This document shows, one piece after another, positions 63,440 to 64,000 of a DNA stretch of 64,000 nucleotides. The translations under genes were made by a program, and so were the position numbers. The DNA is from a virus (lineage: Duplodnaviria; Caudoviricetes). Position 1 is the stretch's first letter. The number at the start of each line of letters is the position of its first letter. Below the pieces are notes generated by a model. The model saw only the letters and a program-made list of their open reading frames with translations, did no database searches and was not told where the DNA came from. The stretch is from IMG/VR virus record IMGVR_UViG_3300027759_000001. One strand, 5' to 3'.

Positions 63440-64000
63440 ATGGCACAATATTTTTTTAAGATGACAAATGAGGAAAGAACTAATATCCTTGACCAACATA
63501 AAACAATTTATGATGGATATGTCACAGAATATGCACAAGGTGAAAACAAACAACCTTTATATGTTCAGGATTTCGCAAACGATAAAGGTGGAATCACGGT
63601 GAACAACAAAGGTGAGGTTAAACCTTACACAAATATGGGAATCAATGAATCTATAGATGGTAGATTGGATATGATTGGAGATGGAGATGACGATCTAAGA
63701 AATGGTACCGTTGATTTCTCAAGTATTGACAATGATGAAGATGATAGTTATATATCATTAGGTATATCTATTAATGACGATGACGATGATGATCATAAAG
63801 ATTTAAGTATGTATAACCCATATCATGGTGATAAAAACTTTGATTTTGATAATGAAGAAGAATCTTTTGATATTGAATTAGATGAAGTTGATGATACAAT
63901 TTTAGATCTTAAACCTGAATGGTCTGATGAAGAAGAAATTGTTAATGACATTTACGATGACGGGTTTGATGAGGTTGACGAAGAAGAAAAAGATGAGTTC
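63440..64000 (+). CDS. Partial protein with EE..NILDQH leader and very acidic tail
   Basis: Manual translation MAQYFFKMTNEERTNILDQH...GINE..., open to window end. Confidence 0.75.
   Translation, partial: MAQYFFKMTNEERTNILDQHKTIYDGYVTEYAQGENKQPLYVQDFANDKGGITVNNKGEVKPYTNMGINESIDGRLDMIGDGDDDLRNGTVDFSSIDNDEDDSYISLGISINDDDDDDHKDLSMYNPYHGDKNFDFDNEEESFDIELDEVDDTILDLKPEWSDEEEIVNDIYDDGFDEVDEEEKDEF

Noticed and set aside
1238-63553. Many 60-125 aa ORFs in the track overlapping longer genes (e.g. 1238, 1901, 2168, 3320, 4667, 6953, 10159, 13835, 19488, 29548, 32109, 32450, 37642, 46310, 46637, 46925, 48068, 52579, 58162, 61611, 63257)
   Set aside because: Antisense or off-frame shadows of well-supported genes, with no start context or recognisable motifs
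1-64000. CRISPR array, tRNA or rRNA genes
   Set aside because: No regularly spaced repeat-spacer units and no cloverleaf/T-loop (GTTCRA) signature found by eye; a tRNAscan/CRISPR scan was not run
1-64000. Stop-codon reassignment as in some large phages
   Set aside because: Genes pack tightly under the standard code and TAA, TGA and TAG all end plausible ORFs

Overview
AT-rich, gene-dense (about 110 CDS, mostly + strand) segment that is most simply read as part of a large tailed dsDNA phage of a Bacteroidota host. Support: a GH19 endolysin, T9SS-type C-terminal sorting domains, a DUF4846-like lipoprotein, TAnnTTTG promoters and no Shine-Dalgarno motifs. No capsid, terminase or polymerase gene, tRNA or CRISPR array was recognised, so the phage assignment is inference. 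The dominant feature is a modular gene-building system. Roughly 55-60 genes start with one of about six short conserved N-terminal leaders (MKIIITE.Q; M.RIVRLTE.DL.RLVKRVI.E; MNLQE.I; M..LIRKILKEE; EEL..MKYL..YKRG.IISEQ; L.EEEK..I...H), usually with an (I/L/V)xE motif nearby. The leaders are fused to unrelated bodies: SGNH plus lytic transglycosylase, Tae4-like amidase, CX5R phosphatase, HExxH proteins, a nuclease-like domain, annexin-like and membrane domains, and about 24 copies of one hypervariable acidic domain. This resembles T4 capsid-targeting sequences plus prohead-protease cleavage and suggests a large virion-packaged cargo array. The leader genes usually follow a TATTTAT motif and repeated terminators, whereas genes behind host-type TAnnTTTG promoters lack leaders. 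Also present: a PlcP-like/GT2 pair, a cassette flanked by a 92-bp direct repeat, a lysis region, and a 24.0-26.7 kb largely non-coding zone with iterated motifs, C-tracts and a codon-skew switch (origin or genome-end candidate). All family assignments are from motif recognition only; no searches were run.
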